In this document: in pieces, positions 19,246 through 28,471 of the stretch
Layout: every line of letters begins with the position of its first letter
Numbering within the stretch: the stretch's first letter is position 1
Assembly (NCBI GenBank): GCA_963837445.1
Contig: CAWINK010000014.1
Location: forward strand, 9,487-73,486
From: an uncultured Thermoleophilaceae bacterium
GTDB taxonomy: Bacteria > Actinomycetota > Thermoleophilia > Solirubrobacterales > Thermoleophilaceae
Direction: 5' to 3'
DNA length: 64,000 nt
Translations under genes and position numbers: made by a program
The notes under the pieces: model-generated
What the model was told of the DNA's origin: nothing
The model's input: the letters and a program-made list of their open reading frames with translations, nothing else
Database searches by the model: none

Positions 19246-19844
19246 CCCCGTGCAGCCTCCACGGCGGCCAGGACGTCTGCGTGGACCTCGTCGGGCGAGC
19301 GGGTCGCGTCGATGCGTCGCCAGCGATCCGGGTCGGCCTCGATCAGCTGCTCGTACGCCGCAGCCGACAGCCTCCTGCAGCTCGCTCCCCTCGTCCTCGA
19401 AGCGGTCGCTCTCCCCCGCGCGCGCGGCCGCGTCGTCGGGCGACAGATCCAAGAGGAACGTCAGATCGGGCTTCAGCCCCCGGGTCGCGAACTGGTTCAC
19501 GCGCTCGACGTCGTCGATCCCGAGCCCGCGCGCGCCGCCCTGGTAGGCGAGCGACGAATCCAGAAAGCGGTCGGAGACCACGACCTTGCCGGTATCCAAA
19601 GCGGGCAGGATCACGTTCGCCACGAGCTCGGAGCGAGCCGCCGCGAACAGCAGCGCCTCGGTCTCGGGCGCCAGGTCGATCTCCGCGTCCTTGAGCAGAT
19701 CCCGAAGCCGCTCGCCGGCCGGCGTTCCACCCGGCTCGCGCACCCCCAGAGCGCCGCATCCCCAAGGGCGTCCACCAGCAGCCCCGCCTGTGTTGTCTTG
19801 CCGGAGCGATCGATGCCCTCGAAGGTGACGAACAGGCCGCGCAT
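19242..19844 (-). pseudogene. tmk: dTMP (thymidylate) kinase, two compensating frameshifts as assembled (probably artefactual)
   Basis: MRGLFVTFEGIDRSGKTTQAGLLVDALGDAAL is in frame a. GVREPGGTPAGERLRDLLKD...DRFLDSSLAYQGGARG...FEDEGSELQ is in frame b. RLSAAAYEQLIEADPDRWRRIDATRSPDEVHADVLAAVEAARG-stop is back in frame a. Shifts at about 19745 (C5/G5 run) and about 19375. Confidence 0.85.
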
Positions 19845-19988
19845 CTCGCGCGGGCGAACCTAGCATCGCCCCGGGCTTTACCGACTCCTAACCGAACCCT
19901 GTCCCGGCCCTCACACCGGCTTGGGCGGCCGCTGGCCACCCGCGGGCGATTCTTGTCGAGAAGCTCAAACCCGACAGGAAGAAGCACC

Positions 19989-20523
19989 ATGCGCAGGACA
20001 CTCACACTCATTCTCGGGGTCGCCCTCTTCGGAATCCTGGCCGCCGTCGTGGTGGCTTCTCAGGATGACGACGACCCGGCCGGAACGACCGGTACGACGA
20101 CCACCACGGAGACGACCACGACCGAGACGCAGGACCGCACCAACACGGTCGAGGACGACAGCCCCGCCCAGGGCGGCGTGGACATCTCCGGCCCGTGTGA
20201 CGAGGCCGAGCACGCCAACGACCCCCGCTGCGTCGGGCAGGCGCCGGCCCAGCAGGGGACGACTCAGACGGCGCCCTCGCCGGGCGTGGACATCTCGGGC
20301 CCGTGTGACGAGGCCGAGCACGCCAACGACCCGCGCTGCACCGGCGCGGCGACCGGCGACGACCGCGGGCACGACGACCGCGGGGACAACTCCGGGCCCG
20401 GTAGCGACAACTCCGGCCCCGGCGAGCTGCCCACTCCGGCGCGGCGACGATGACGACGACGACAGCAGCGGTCACGGCGGCGGTGGCAACAGCGGCCACG
20501 GCGGCGGTGGCGACGACGACTGA
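19989..20523 (+). pseudogene. secreted/anchored Thr-rich protein with a duplicated Cys motif and a Gly-rich DDD tail, one frameshift near 20440
   Basis: MRRTLTLILGVALFGILAAVVVAS signal/anchor. GVDISGPCDEAEHANDPRC occurs twice. The tail GDDDDDDSSGHGGGGNSGHGGGGDDD-stop is in the adjacent frame. Confidence 0.55.
20175..20339 (+). repeat. in-frame tandem duplication (57-nt units at 20175-20231 and 20283-20339, period 108 nt)
   Basis: The two near-identical 57-nt units each encode GVDISGPCDEAEHANDPRC. Confidence 0.85.
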
Positions 20524-20559
20524 CGAACCTGGGGCGCCGGCCCGCCTACCCTTCAGCCC

Positions 20560-21280
20560 ATGGCGGGCCGGCGCACCATCCTGATGGTGGAGGACGAGGA
20601 GTCCATCACCGTCCCCCTGGCCGAAGCCCTCGACCGCGAGGGCTTCGACACGCAGGTGGCCGGCACGGTCGCCGAGGCGCTCGAATGCGCCGAGCGGCAG
20701 CTGCCGGACCTCGTGCTCCTCGACGTGATGCTCCCGGACGGCTCCGGCTACGACGTGGCCCGCAGCGCTCCGCGAGCGCTCCAAGGTCCCGATCATCATG
20801 CTCACCGCGCGCGGGGAGGAGACGGACCGCATCGTCGGCCTCGAGCTCGGCGCCGACGACTACATCGTCAAGCCCTTCAGCGCGCGTGAGGTGGCCGCGC
20901 GGATCCGGGCGGTGCTGCGCCGCACGGGCGACGCGCAGCAGCAGGCGCCCGAGCCGACAGCCAAGCAGGGCCCGCTCGAGGTCGGCCCGGTGCGCGTGGA
21001 CCGCGACCGCCGCGAGGCGCGCGTGAACGGCGAGGAGATCGACCTCACCCGCAAGGAGTTCGAGCTGCTCGAGCTGCTGACCCGGGAGGCCGGCAGCGTG
21101 ATCTCCCGCGAGCGGCTCATCGACGAGGTCTGGGACACCAACTGGTTCGGCTCCACGAAGACGCTCGACGTGCACGTGTCGAGCCTGCGTCGCAAGCTCG
21201 GCGACGACTCCCAGAACCCGCGCTTCATCCACACCGTCCGCGGCGTGGGCTTCCGCTTCGCGGCCGCCGACGAGCTATGA
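20560..21280 (+). pseudogene. OmpR/PhoB-family response regulator (MtrA-like position), one frameshift near 20763
   Basis: ILMVEDEESI...DLVLLDVMLPDGSGYDV, then in the next frame LRERSKVPIIMLTARGEETDRIVGLELGADDYIVKPF plus a winged-helix output (LTRKEFELLELL...VRGVGFRF). Confidence 0.85.
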
Positions 21281-22701
21281 GCCTGCGCGCGCGGCTCGTC
21301 CTCGCGTTCACCTACGTGCTCGTGCTCGTGATCGTGGCGCTCGCGGTGCCGCTGGCGCTCAACCTGTCGAAGAGCGTGGACGCCGAGGTCAAGAACGATG
21401 CCCGCGCACAGGCGCAGCTGGTGGCGGCCGGCGCCTCCGGCCGGCTGGACCAGCCCGACCAGCTCGAGCGGCTCGTGGAGAGCTCGGCGAGGAGCCTCGG
21501 CGGCCGCGTGCTCGTGGTCGACGACCGCGGGCGTGTGCTGGCCGACTCGTCCGGCGAGGCCTCGCGGGGCGACCGCTACGGCACCCGCCCCGAGATCCGC
21601 ACGGCGCTCCGGGGCCGGTCGACCCAGGGCGAGCGCCACAGCGACCTCCTCGACGAGGACCTCCTCTTCACCGCCGTTCCCGTGGCCGTGAGCGGCCGGG
21701 CGGCCGGCGCGGTGCGGGTGACCCAGAGCGTGGACGCCGTGAAGAGCGAGCAGCGCGACGACGTGATCGCGCTCGCGGGCGTGGGCGCGCTGGCGCTGCT
21801 GCTCGGCCTCGTCGTGGCCTGGCTGCTCGCCGGCTCCCTGGCGAAGCCGATGCGCGGCCTTGCCGCGACGGCGGGTCGCGTGGCGCACGGCGATCTCGAC
21901 GCACGCGCGAGCGTGGAGGGCTCCACCGAGCAGCAGGAGGTGGCCACCGCGTTCAACGACATGACCGGCCGGATGGCGAGCACGCTGCGCGGGCAGCGCG
22001 AGTTCGTGGCGAACGCGTCGCACCAGCTCCGCACGCCGCTCACGGGCCTGCGGCTGCGCCTCGAGGCCGCGGCGCTCAAGAGCCGCGACCCCGAGGTCGA
22101 GCGCGAGCTCACCGCCGCCGAGCACGAGACCGAGCGGCTCGCCCGCCTGCTCTCCGAGCTGCTCACCCTCGCGGGCGGCGGCGAGCGGCCGACCGCCGAG
22201 CCGCTCGACGTGGCGGGCATGATCGACGCGGCCTGCGCCCGCTGGCAGGGCCCGGCGGAGCGCTCGGACCACGAGCTGCGCGTGGAGCCCGGCCCGCCCG
22301 CCGTGGTGGCGGCGTCGGCCGAGGACCTCGCCGCGATCCTCGACAACCTCACCGAGAACGCCCTCAACTACTCGCCCCGGGGCAGCACGGTCACGCTCAC
22401 CTGGACGAGCGACGGCGAGACCGTGCGGGTGGCCGTGCTGGACGAGGGCCCGGGCCTCGACCCCGACGAGGGCGAGCGCGTGTTCCAGCGCTTCTACCGC
22501 GGCTCGGCCAGCCGCGGCGGCGCCACCGGCAGCGGCCTCGGCCTCGCCGTGGCGGAGGCGCTCGCGGCCCGCTGGGGCGGCGAGCTCACGCTCGCGAACC
22601 GGCCCGAGGGCGGCGCCCGCGCCGAGCTGGCCCTGGCTGCCGTGCGCGCTTTACCCAGAGCTGACCCTCAGCTTGACGAGTCCTTGCCGAGGCAGGGCTA
22701 G
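21277..22701 (+). CDS. sensor histidine kinase (two TM segments, HAMP, HisKA, HATPase)
   Basis: H-box FVANASHQLRTPLTGL. N-box LTENALNYS. G-boxes DEGPGL and GSGLGLAVA. The ATG overlaps the regulator stop. Confidence 0.9.
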   Translation: MSLRARLVLAFTYVLVLVIVALAVPLALNLSKSVDAEVKNDARAQAQLVAAGASGRLDQPDQLERLVESSARSLGGRVLVVDDRGRVLADSSGEASRGDRYGTRPEIRTALRGRSTQGERHSDLLDEDLLFTAVPVAVSGRAAGAVRVTQSVDAVKSEQRDDVIALAGVGALALLLGLVVAWLLAGSLAKPMRGLAATAGRVAHGDLDARASVEGSTEQQEVATAFNDMTGRMASTLRGQREFVANASHQLRTPLTGLRLRLEAAALKSRDPEVERELTAAEHETERLARLLSELLTLAGGGERPTAEPLDVAGMIDAACARWQGPAERSDHELRVEPGPPAVVAASAEDLAAILDNLTENALNYSPRGSTVTLTWTSDGETVRVAVLDEGPGLDPDEGERVFQRFYRGSASRGGATGSGLGLAVAEALAARWGGELTLANRPEGGARAELALAAVRALPRADPQLDESLPRQG

Positions 22702-22712
22702 CCTCGAAGACG

Positions 22713-23141
22713 ATGAGCCTCAGACAATTCGCAACCGGCGCAGCCCTCGCCATCGCAGGCCTCCTGGCCGCCGTGGGCATCGGCCTGCTCGCGAACTCGA
22801 TCTCGGGCGACAACGTGGGCCTCTCGGCCGAGCCGCTGAGCGCCGGGGAGACGCTGGCGCCCAAGGCGGACGATCGGGCCAAGCAGCGCGCGGCCGCACG
22901 CGAGCGCGCCCGCAAGCAACGGGCCGCCGCCCGCCGGCGCGCGCAGCGCGAGGCCGCGGCGCGCACGACTACGACCGAGACGCCCTCCTCCACCGCGCCG
23001 GCGCCCACCACTACGGACGACGACGGAGGCGGCGGCGACAGCAGCGGTCGCGGGCGTGGACGGGGACGCGGCGGCGACAGCTCGGGCTCCGGCTCCGGCG
23101 GCTCCGACAACTCCGGCTCGGGCAGCTCCGACGACGACTGA
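22713..23141 (+). CDS. membrane-anchored low-complexity protein with a Gly/Ser-rich DDD C-terminus
   Basis: N-terminal anchor AALAIAGLLAAVGIGLL. Basic coiled segment KQRAAARERARKQRAAARRRAQREAAAR. Tail ...GGSDNSGSGSSDDD-stop. Confidence 0.6.
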   Translation: MSLRQFATGAALAIAGLLAAVGIGLLANSISGDNVGLSAEPLSAGETLAPKADDRAKQRAAARERARKQRAAARRRAQREAAARTTTTETPSSTAPAPTTTDDDGGGGDSSGRGRGRGRGGDSSGSGSGGSDNSGSGSSDDD

Positions 23142-23178
23142 CGCGCGCCGGGCGGCGCCGTCTACCATCCCCCGCCGC

Positions 23179-24105
23179 ATGAAGGCACTCGTGACAGGCG
23201 GCGCCGGCTTCATCGGCTCGAACATCGTGGACGCCCTGCTCGCGCGCGGCGACGAGGTGACCGTGCTCGACGACCTCTCGACGGGCAAGCGCGAGAACCT
23301 CGACGAGGCGCTCGAGAACGGCGCGCAGCTCGAGGAGATCGACGTGCGCGACGCCGAGGCAGTGAGCGACGCGGTCGGCCGCGCGAAGCCGGACGTGATC
23401 TTCCACCTGGCCGCCCAGATCGACGTGCGCAAGTCGGTGTCCGACCCCGCGCACGACGCGCGCGTGAACGTGGAGGGCACGGTGAACGTGCTGAGCGCGG
23501 CGCAGAAGCACGGCGTGCCGCGCGTGGTGAACACCTCCACCGGCGGCGCGATCTACGGGGAAGGCAAGACCATCCCGGCGCCCGAGGACCACCCGGTGGC
23601 GCCCGAGGCGCCCTACGGCCTCTCCAAGTTCTGCGCCGAGCAGTACTGCGAGATCTTCACGCGCCTGCACGGGCTCTCCACGGTCTCGCTGCGCTACGGC
23701 AACGTCTACGGCCCGCGCCAGGACCCGCTCGGCGAGGCCGGCGTGATCGCGATCTTCTGCGGGAAGCTGCTCGAGGGCGCCACGGCCACGATCTTCGGCA
23801 GCGGCGAGCAGACGCGCGACTACGTGTTCGTGGGCGACGTGGTGGACGCGAACCTGCGCGCCGCCGAGTCGGACGCCAGCGGACCGATCAACATCGGCCT
23901 CGGCCAGCAGAAGAGCGTGCTCGACATCGTGGAGGTGCTGAGCGGCCTCGCCGACGACGGCTTCAAGCCCGAGCACGCCCCCGAGCGCCCCGGCGAGGTG
24001 CAGCACATCGCACTCGATCCCTCGCGCGCGCGGGAAGCGCTCGGCTGGGAGCCCAAGGTCGAGCTGGACGAGGGCCTCGGCCGGACGCTCGACAGCCTGC
24101 GCTGA
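23179..24105 (+). CDS. NAD-dependent epimerase/dehydratase (UDP-glucose 4-epimerase-like)
   Basis: MKALVTGGAGFIGSNIVDALL (Rossmann GxxGxxG) and the YGLSK catalytic YxxxK motif. 308 aa. Confidence 0.85.
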   Translation: MKALVTGGAGFIGSNIVDALLARGDEVTVLDDLSTGKRENLDEALENGAQLEEIDVRDAEAVSDAVGRAKPDVIFHLAAQIDVRKSVSDPAHDARVNVEGTVNVLSAAQKHGVPRVVNTSTGGAIYGEGKTIPAPEDHPVAPEAPYGLSKFCAEQYCEIFTRLHGLSTVSLRYGNVYGPRQDPLGEAGVIAIFCGKLLEGATATIFGSGEQTRDYVFVGDVVDANLRAAESDASGPINIGLGQQKSVLDIVEVLSGLADDGFKPEHAPERPGEVQHIALDPSRAREALGWEPKVELDEGLGRTLDSLR

Positions 24106-24124
24106 GCGCGTAGGCTGCGCCGCC

Positions 24125-24968
24125 ATGTCGCGCACCGGCGAGACCCTGGTGGACGTGCCCGAGGCGACGGTCCGCGTGCTCGTAGACCGCCCCGAGCTCG
24201 TCCTCACCTACATGCGCTCGCGCAACGTGGGCGGCCCGGGCCGGCACCTCCACCGCCAGCACGCCGACGGCTTCATCGTGCTCGAGGGCGAGTACGCGTT
24301 CGAGCTCGGCGACGAGCGCGCCAACCGCGGCGCCGGCACGGTCCTCGTGATCCCGCAGCGAGTCATCCACCGCTACGAGCACGAGACGACCGAGCAGGGC
24401 GCCTTCCTCAATCTCCACGCGCCCGCATGCGACTTCGCCAACTACCTGTTCGGCGAGACGCCCGCCCGACGAGGCCGACAACATCTTCGACCCGCCCGAG
24501 GAGGAGGGCCGCCCGGCGAGCGAGGCGATCGTGCTGCCGTTCGCCGAACAGGGCGAGACGGTCACCGACAGGCCCGAGCGGACGATCCGCATCCTCGCCG
24601 ACCTGCCCGAGCTCTGCCTAACGTGGACGCGCTACGTCCCAGGCGAGGAGGGCCCCGGCCCGCACATCCACAAGGAGCACCTGGACGCGTTCTTCATCCT
24701 CACCGGCGAGCTGAACTTCGGCATCGGCCCGGACGTCGAGCGGATGACCGTGGGGCCGGGCACGTTCGTACTCGCGCCGCCCGAGGTGGTCCACACGTTC
24801 CGGAACGAGGGACCCGAGGAAGCGACCTGGCTCAATTTCCACGCACCTTCCAAGGGTTTCGCGAGCTTCCTCCGCGATCCGGACTTCGTCTGGGATAGCT
24901 TCGACGCTCCGGCCGATGGCGGCCGCCCGGCGTCCGAGGCGATCGTGGATCGCATTCACCTCGCATAG
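24125..24968 (+). pseudogene. bicupin protein, one frameshift near 24465
   Basis: There are two cupin units: HLHRQHADGFIVLEGEYAFELG... and HIHKEHLDAFFILTGELNFGIG.... The linker DEADNIFDPPEEEGRPASEAIV is in the second frame and mirrors the C-terminal DSFDAPADGGRPASEAIV. Confidence 0.65.
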
Positions 24969-24970
24969 AG

Positions 24971-25022
24971 CACACAATATGTAGTGCTTCGGGCAGGACT
25001 TACGCACTACAGGTAGTAGAAT
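24971..25022 (+). promoter_or_regulatory. tandem NrdR boxes plus a -10 element upstream of nrdR-nrdJ
   Basis: Box 1 is cacacaatatgtagtg (24971-24986). Box 2 is gcactacaggtagtag (25004-25019). They are offset by about 32 bp, as expected for NrdR operators. TAGAAT at 25017-25022 lies 7 nt before the GTG start, implying a leaderless or near-leaderless transcript. Confidence 0.6.
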
Positions 25023-25029
25023 TGCCTAT

Positions 25030-25605
25030 GTGCATTGCCCGTACTGCGAATCCGACTCCACGCATGTCGTGGACACGCGCGATGCGGGCGACGCCGTCCG
25101 CCGCCGTCGCGAATGCGAGGGCTGCGGCAACCGCTTCACCACGTATGAGCGGACGGAAGCAGGCGTGACCGTCCTCAAGCGTGACGGCCGCCGCGAGCGA
25201 TTCGACGACCAGAAGCTCCTGGGAGGGCTCGAGCGGGCCGCCAACAAGCGACCCGTGAGCTCGGAGCAGCTGGAACACCTGTCGGAGTCGATCGCGGCGG
25301 CGGTGAGGCGGTCCGGCCCCGAGGTCGAGGCGAGCCAGATCGGCGATCTCGCCGAGCGCGGGCTCGCCCAGCTCGACCCGGTGTCGGGGATCCTGTTCGC
25401 CTCCGTCTACCGCAATCTCGCCGACCTCGACGAGGTGGCCGAGACGGTCCAGCGCTACCGCGACGACCCCCTCCCCGGGGCCGATCAGCTGCCGCTGGAG
25501 GGCGAGGAAAGTCCGTCCGGTCCGAGGAGCAATATCGATCTTTCCCCCCTGGGGGAGTCCCGACAAATCGCCCAACCGAGGAGAGGTCATGCCAGACAGC
25601 CGTAA
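25030..25605 (+). CDS. nrdR: transcriptional repressor NrdR
   Basis: MHCPYCESDSTHVVDTRDAGDAVRRRRECEGCGNRFTTYER zinc ribbon followed by an ATP-cone. Confidence 0.9.
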   Translation: MHCPYCESDSTHVVDTRDAGDAVRRRRECEGCGNRFTTYERTEAGVTVLKRDGRRERFDDQKLLGGLERAANKRPVSSEQLEHLSESIAAAVRRSGPEVEASQIGDLAERGLAQLDPVSGILFASVYRNLADLDEVAETVQRYRDDPLPGADQLPLEGEESPSGPRSNIDLSPLGESRQIAQPRRGHARQP

Positions 25606-28426
25606 CGCCACCGCCCCAGCCATCACCGCGGCCGGTGATGGAGTCAGCGTGGGAAGGCGCTTTACGGCGGCCGGCGTGAGCCCGTTCGACGCGATCGGGT
25701 GGGAGATCCGCGATGCCGTGATCGGCGACCCGGAGAACCCGGCGTTCGAGCAGCGCGGGGTCGAGTTCCCCAAGACCTGGTCTCAGAACGCCACCAACAT
25801 CGTCGCCCAGAAGTACTTCCGCGGGCGCATGGACTCGCCCGAGCGCGAGAACTCGGTCAAGCAGATGATCGGCCGCGTTGCAGGCACGATCGCCGACTGG
25901 GGTCGCGAGGGCAGCTACTTCGCGAGCGAGGACGACGCAGAGGCGTTCAACGACGAGCTCACCCACATCCTTCTTCACCAGATGGCGGCGTTCAACTCGC
26001 CGGTCTGGTTCAACGTGGGCTTCGAAGAGCACCCGCAGTGCTCCGCCTGCTTCATCCTCTCGGTCGAGGACACGATCGAGTCGATCCTCGGCTGGAACAC
26101 CAAGGAGGGCATGATCTTCCGCGGCGGCTCCGGCTCCGGGATCAACCTCTCGCGCATCCGCGGCTCGAAGGAGCACCTCTCGAAGGGCGGGCTCGCCTCC
26201 GGTCCCGTCAGCTTCATGCGCGGCGCCGACGCGTGGGCCGGCACGATCAAGTCGGGTGGCAAGACGCGTCGCGCGGCCAAGATGGTCGTGCTCGACGTGG
26301 ACCACCCGGACGTCCTCGACTTCATCTGGTGCAAGGCGCGCGAGGAGGAGAAGGCGATGGCCCTGCGCGACGCGGGCTTCGACATGCGCCTCGACTCCGA
26401 GGCGTTCGCCTCGATCCAGTACCAGAACGCGAACAACTCGGTTCGGGTCACGGACGAGTTCATGGAGCGCGCCGAGCGCGGCGACTCGTGGGAGCTGAAG
26501 GCGCGCGTGGACGACGCCGCGAACGAGATCGTCGACGCCAAGGACGTGCTGAACCAGCTCGCCGACGCCGCCTGGCGCTGCGCCGATCCGGGCGTGCAGT
26601 ACGACACGACCATCAACGAGTGGCACACCTGCCCGAACTCGGGCCGGATCAACGCGTCGAACCCGTGCTCGGAGTACATGCACGTGGACGACTCGGCGTG
26701 CAACCTCGCGTCGCTCAACCTCATGAAGTTCCGGCGCGCCGACGGCACGTTCGACGTCGAGGCGTTCGAGCACGCGGTGGACGTCGTGATCCTCGCGCAG
26801 GAGATCGTGGTCGGCCCGTCGAGCTACCCGACCGAGGACATCGGCAAGAACGCGCGCGCGTTCCGCCAGCTCGGCATGGGCTACGCGAACCTCGGCGCGC
26901 TGCTGATGGCTAACGGCCTCGCGTACGACTCGGACGAGGGCCGCGCGATCTGCGCAGCGATCACCGCGCTCATGACCGGCCGCGCGTACCGCACCTCGGC
27001 CGAGGTGGCCGGGGCGCTCGGGCCGTACGAGCACTACGAGGAGAACCGCGACCCGCACAACCACGTGATGCGCAAGCACCGTCACGCGGCGTACGAGATC
27101 GACGACTCGCACGTCACCGACTCAGAGCTGCTGGCCGCGGCGCGGCGTGCGTGGGACGAGGCAGTGGACGTGGGCACTCGCAACGGCTACCGCAACGCCC
27201 AGGCCACGGTGCTCGCCCCCACCGGGACGATCTCGTTCCTGATGGACTGCGACACCACCGGCATCGAGCCCGACTTCTCGCTCGTCAAGTTCAAGGAGCT
27301 GGTGGGCGGCGGGCAGATGACGATCGTCAACCAGACCGTGCCGCTGGCGCTCGAGACGCTCGGCTACTCGCCCGAGGAGATCGAGCAGATCGAGGCGCAC
27401 CTGGCCGAGACGGCCACGATCGTCGGGGCGCCCGGCCTGCGCGACGAGCACCTGTCGGTGTTCGACGTGGCCGTGGGCGAGCGCGCGATCGACGCGATGG
27501 GCCACGTGAAGATGATGGCCGCGGCGCAGCCGTTCCTCTCGGGAGCGATCTCGAAGACGGTGAACCTGCCCGAGTCGGTCACGGTCGAGGACATCGCCGA
27601 CGTCTACACCGAGGGCTGGAAGCTCGGCCTGAAGGCGCTCGCGATCTACCGCGATGGCTCGAAGACGGCGCAGGCGCTGAAGACCGACGGCGGCACGAAG
27701 ACGGCCGAGGAGGCCGAGGCAGCGGCGGCGATCGAGCCGGCCCGCCCGGTGCGCCGCCGGATGCCCACCGAGCGCCACTCGCTCACGCACAAGTTCTCGA
27801 TCGGCGGCCACGAGGGCTACATCACGGCCGGCGAGTACGAGGACGGCACGGTCGGCGAGATGTTCCTGACGGACGTCGGCAAGGAGGGCTCGACGATCAA
27901 GGGCATGATGAACGCGTTCGCCACGGCGATCTCGATCGGGCTCCAGTACGGCGTGCCGCTCGAGACGTTCGTGCGCAAGTTCGCGTACGTGCGCTTCGAG
28001 CCGGAGGGGATCACCCGCAACCCGGAGATCCCGTTCGCGAAGTCGATGCCCGACTACATCATGCGCTGGCTGGGCTCCCGCTACGGCGACGCCGACCTTC
28101 ACGAGGAGCTCGGCATCCTCACCGCCGAGATCCGCGCGCGCAAGGCGGCCGACGCGGCGGTCATGCGAGGCGACACGGCAGGCCCGCCCGAGCCGGCCGC
28201 GGAGTCCGACGAGCCGGCCAACGGCGGGAATGGCGGGAACGGTGGCAAGGGCCACTCGACCGCGAAGCCCGCAGCCGCGGCGCTCACGGACGACCCGCCG
28301 GCGATCCCGGCGAAGCTGCAGGGCCTGGAGCTGGGCCCGGCCTGCGCGATGTGCGGAGGCATGATGCAGCGCACGGGCTCGTGCTACACGTGCTCGAGCT
28401 GCGGGAACAACACCGGCTGCGGCTGA
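25589..28426 (+). CDS. nrdJ: adenosylcobalamin-dependent (class II) ribonucleotide reductase
   Basis: 945 aa. NASNPCSEYMHVDDSACNLASLNL active-site region. C-terminal CxxC...CxxC tail (CAMCGG...CYTCSSCG). The start overlaps the nrdR end. Confidence 0.9.
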   Translation: MPDSRNATAPAITAAGDGVSVGRRFTAAGVSPFDAIGWEIRDAVIGDPENPAFEQRGVEFPKTWSQNATNIVAQKYFRGRMDSPERENSVKQMIGRVAGTIADWGREGSYFASEDDAEAFNDELTHILLHQMAAFNSPVWFNVGFEEHPQCSACFILSVEDTIESILGWNTKEGMIFRGGSGSGINLSRIRGSKEHLSKGGLASGPVSFMRGADAWAGTIKSGGKTRRAAKMVVLDVDHPDVLDFIWCKAREEEKAMALRDAGFDMRLDSEAFASIQYQNANNSVRVTDEFMERAERGDSWELKARVDDAANEIVDAKDVLNQLADAAWRCADPGVQYDTTINEWHTCPNSGRINASNPCSEYMHVDDSACNLASLNLMKFRRADGTFDVEAFEHAVDVVILAQEIVVGPSSYPTEDIGKNARAFRQLGMGYANLGALLMANGLAYDSDEGRAICAAITALMTGRAYRTSAEVAGALGPYEHYEENRDPHNHVMRKHRHAAYEIDDSHVTDSELLAAARRAWDEAVDVGTRNGYRNAQATVLAPTGTISFLMDCDTTGIEPDFSLVKFKELVGGGQMTIVNQTVPLALETLGYSPEEIEQIEAHLAETATIVGAPGLRDEHLSVFDVAVGERAIDAMGHVKMMAAAQPFLSGAISKTVNLPESVTVEDIADVYTEGWKLGLKALAIYRDGSKTAQALKTDGGTKTAEEAEAAAAIEPARPVRRRMPTERHSLTHKFSIGGHEGYITAGEYEDGTVGEMFLTDVGKEGSTIKGMMNAFATAISIGLQYGVPLETFVRKFAYVRFEPEGITRNPEIPFAKSMPDYIMRWLGSRYGDADLHEELGILTAEIRARKAADAAVMRGDTAGPPEPAAESDEPANGGNGGNGGKGHSTAKPAAAALTDDPPAIPAKLQGLELGPACAMCGGMMQRTGSCYTCSSCGNNTGCG

Positions 28427-28471
28427 GCTACTTCCCTGGCAATACCCGGCGGTCGGACCTAGATTGGACGC

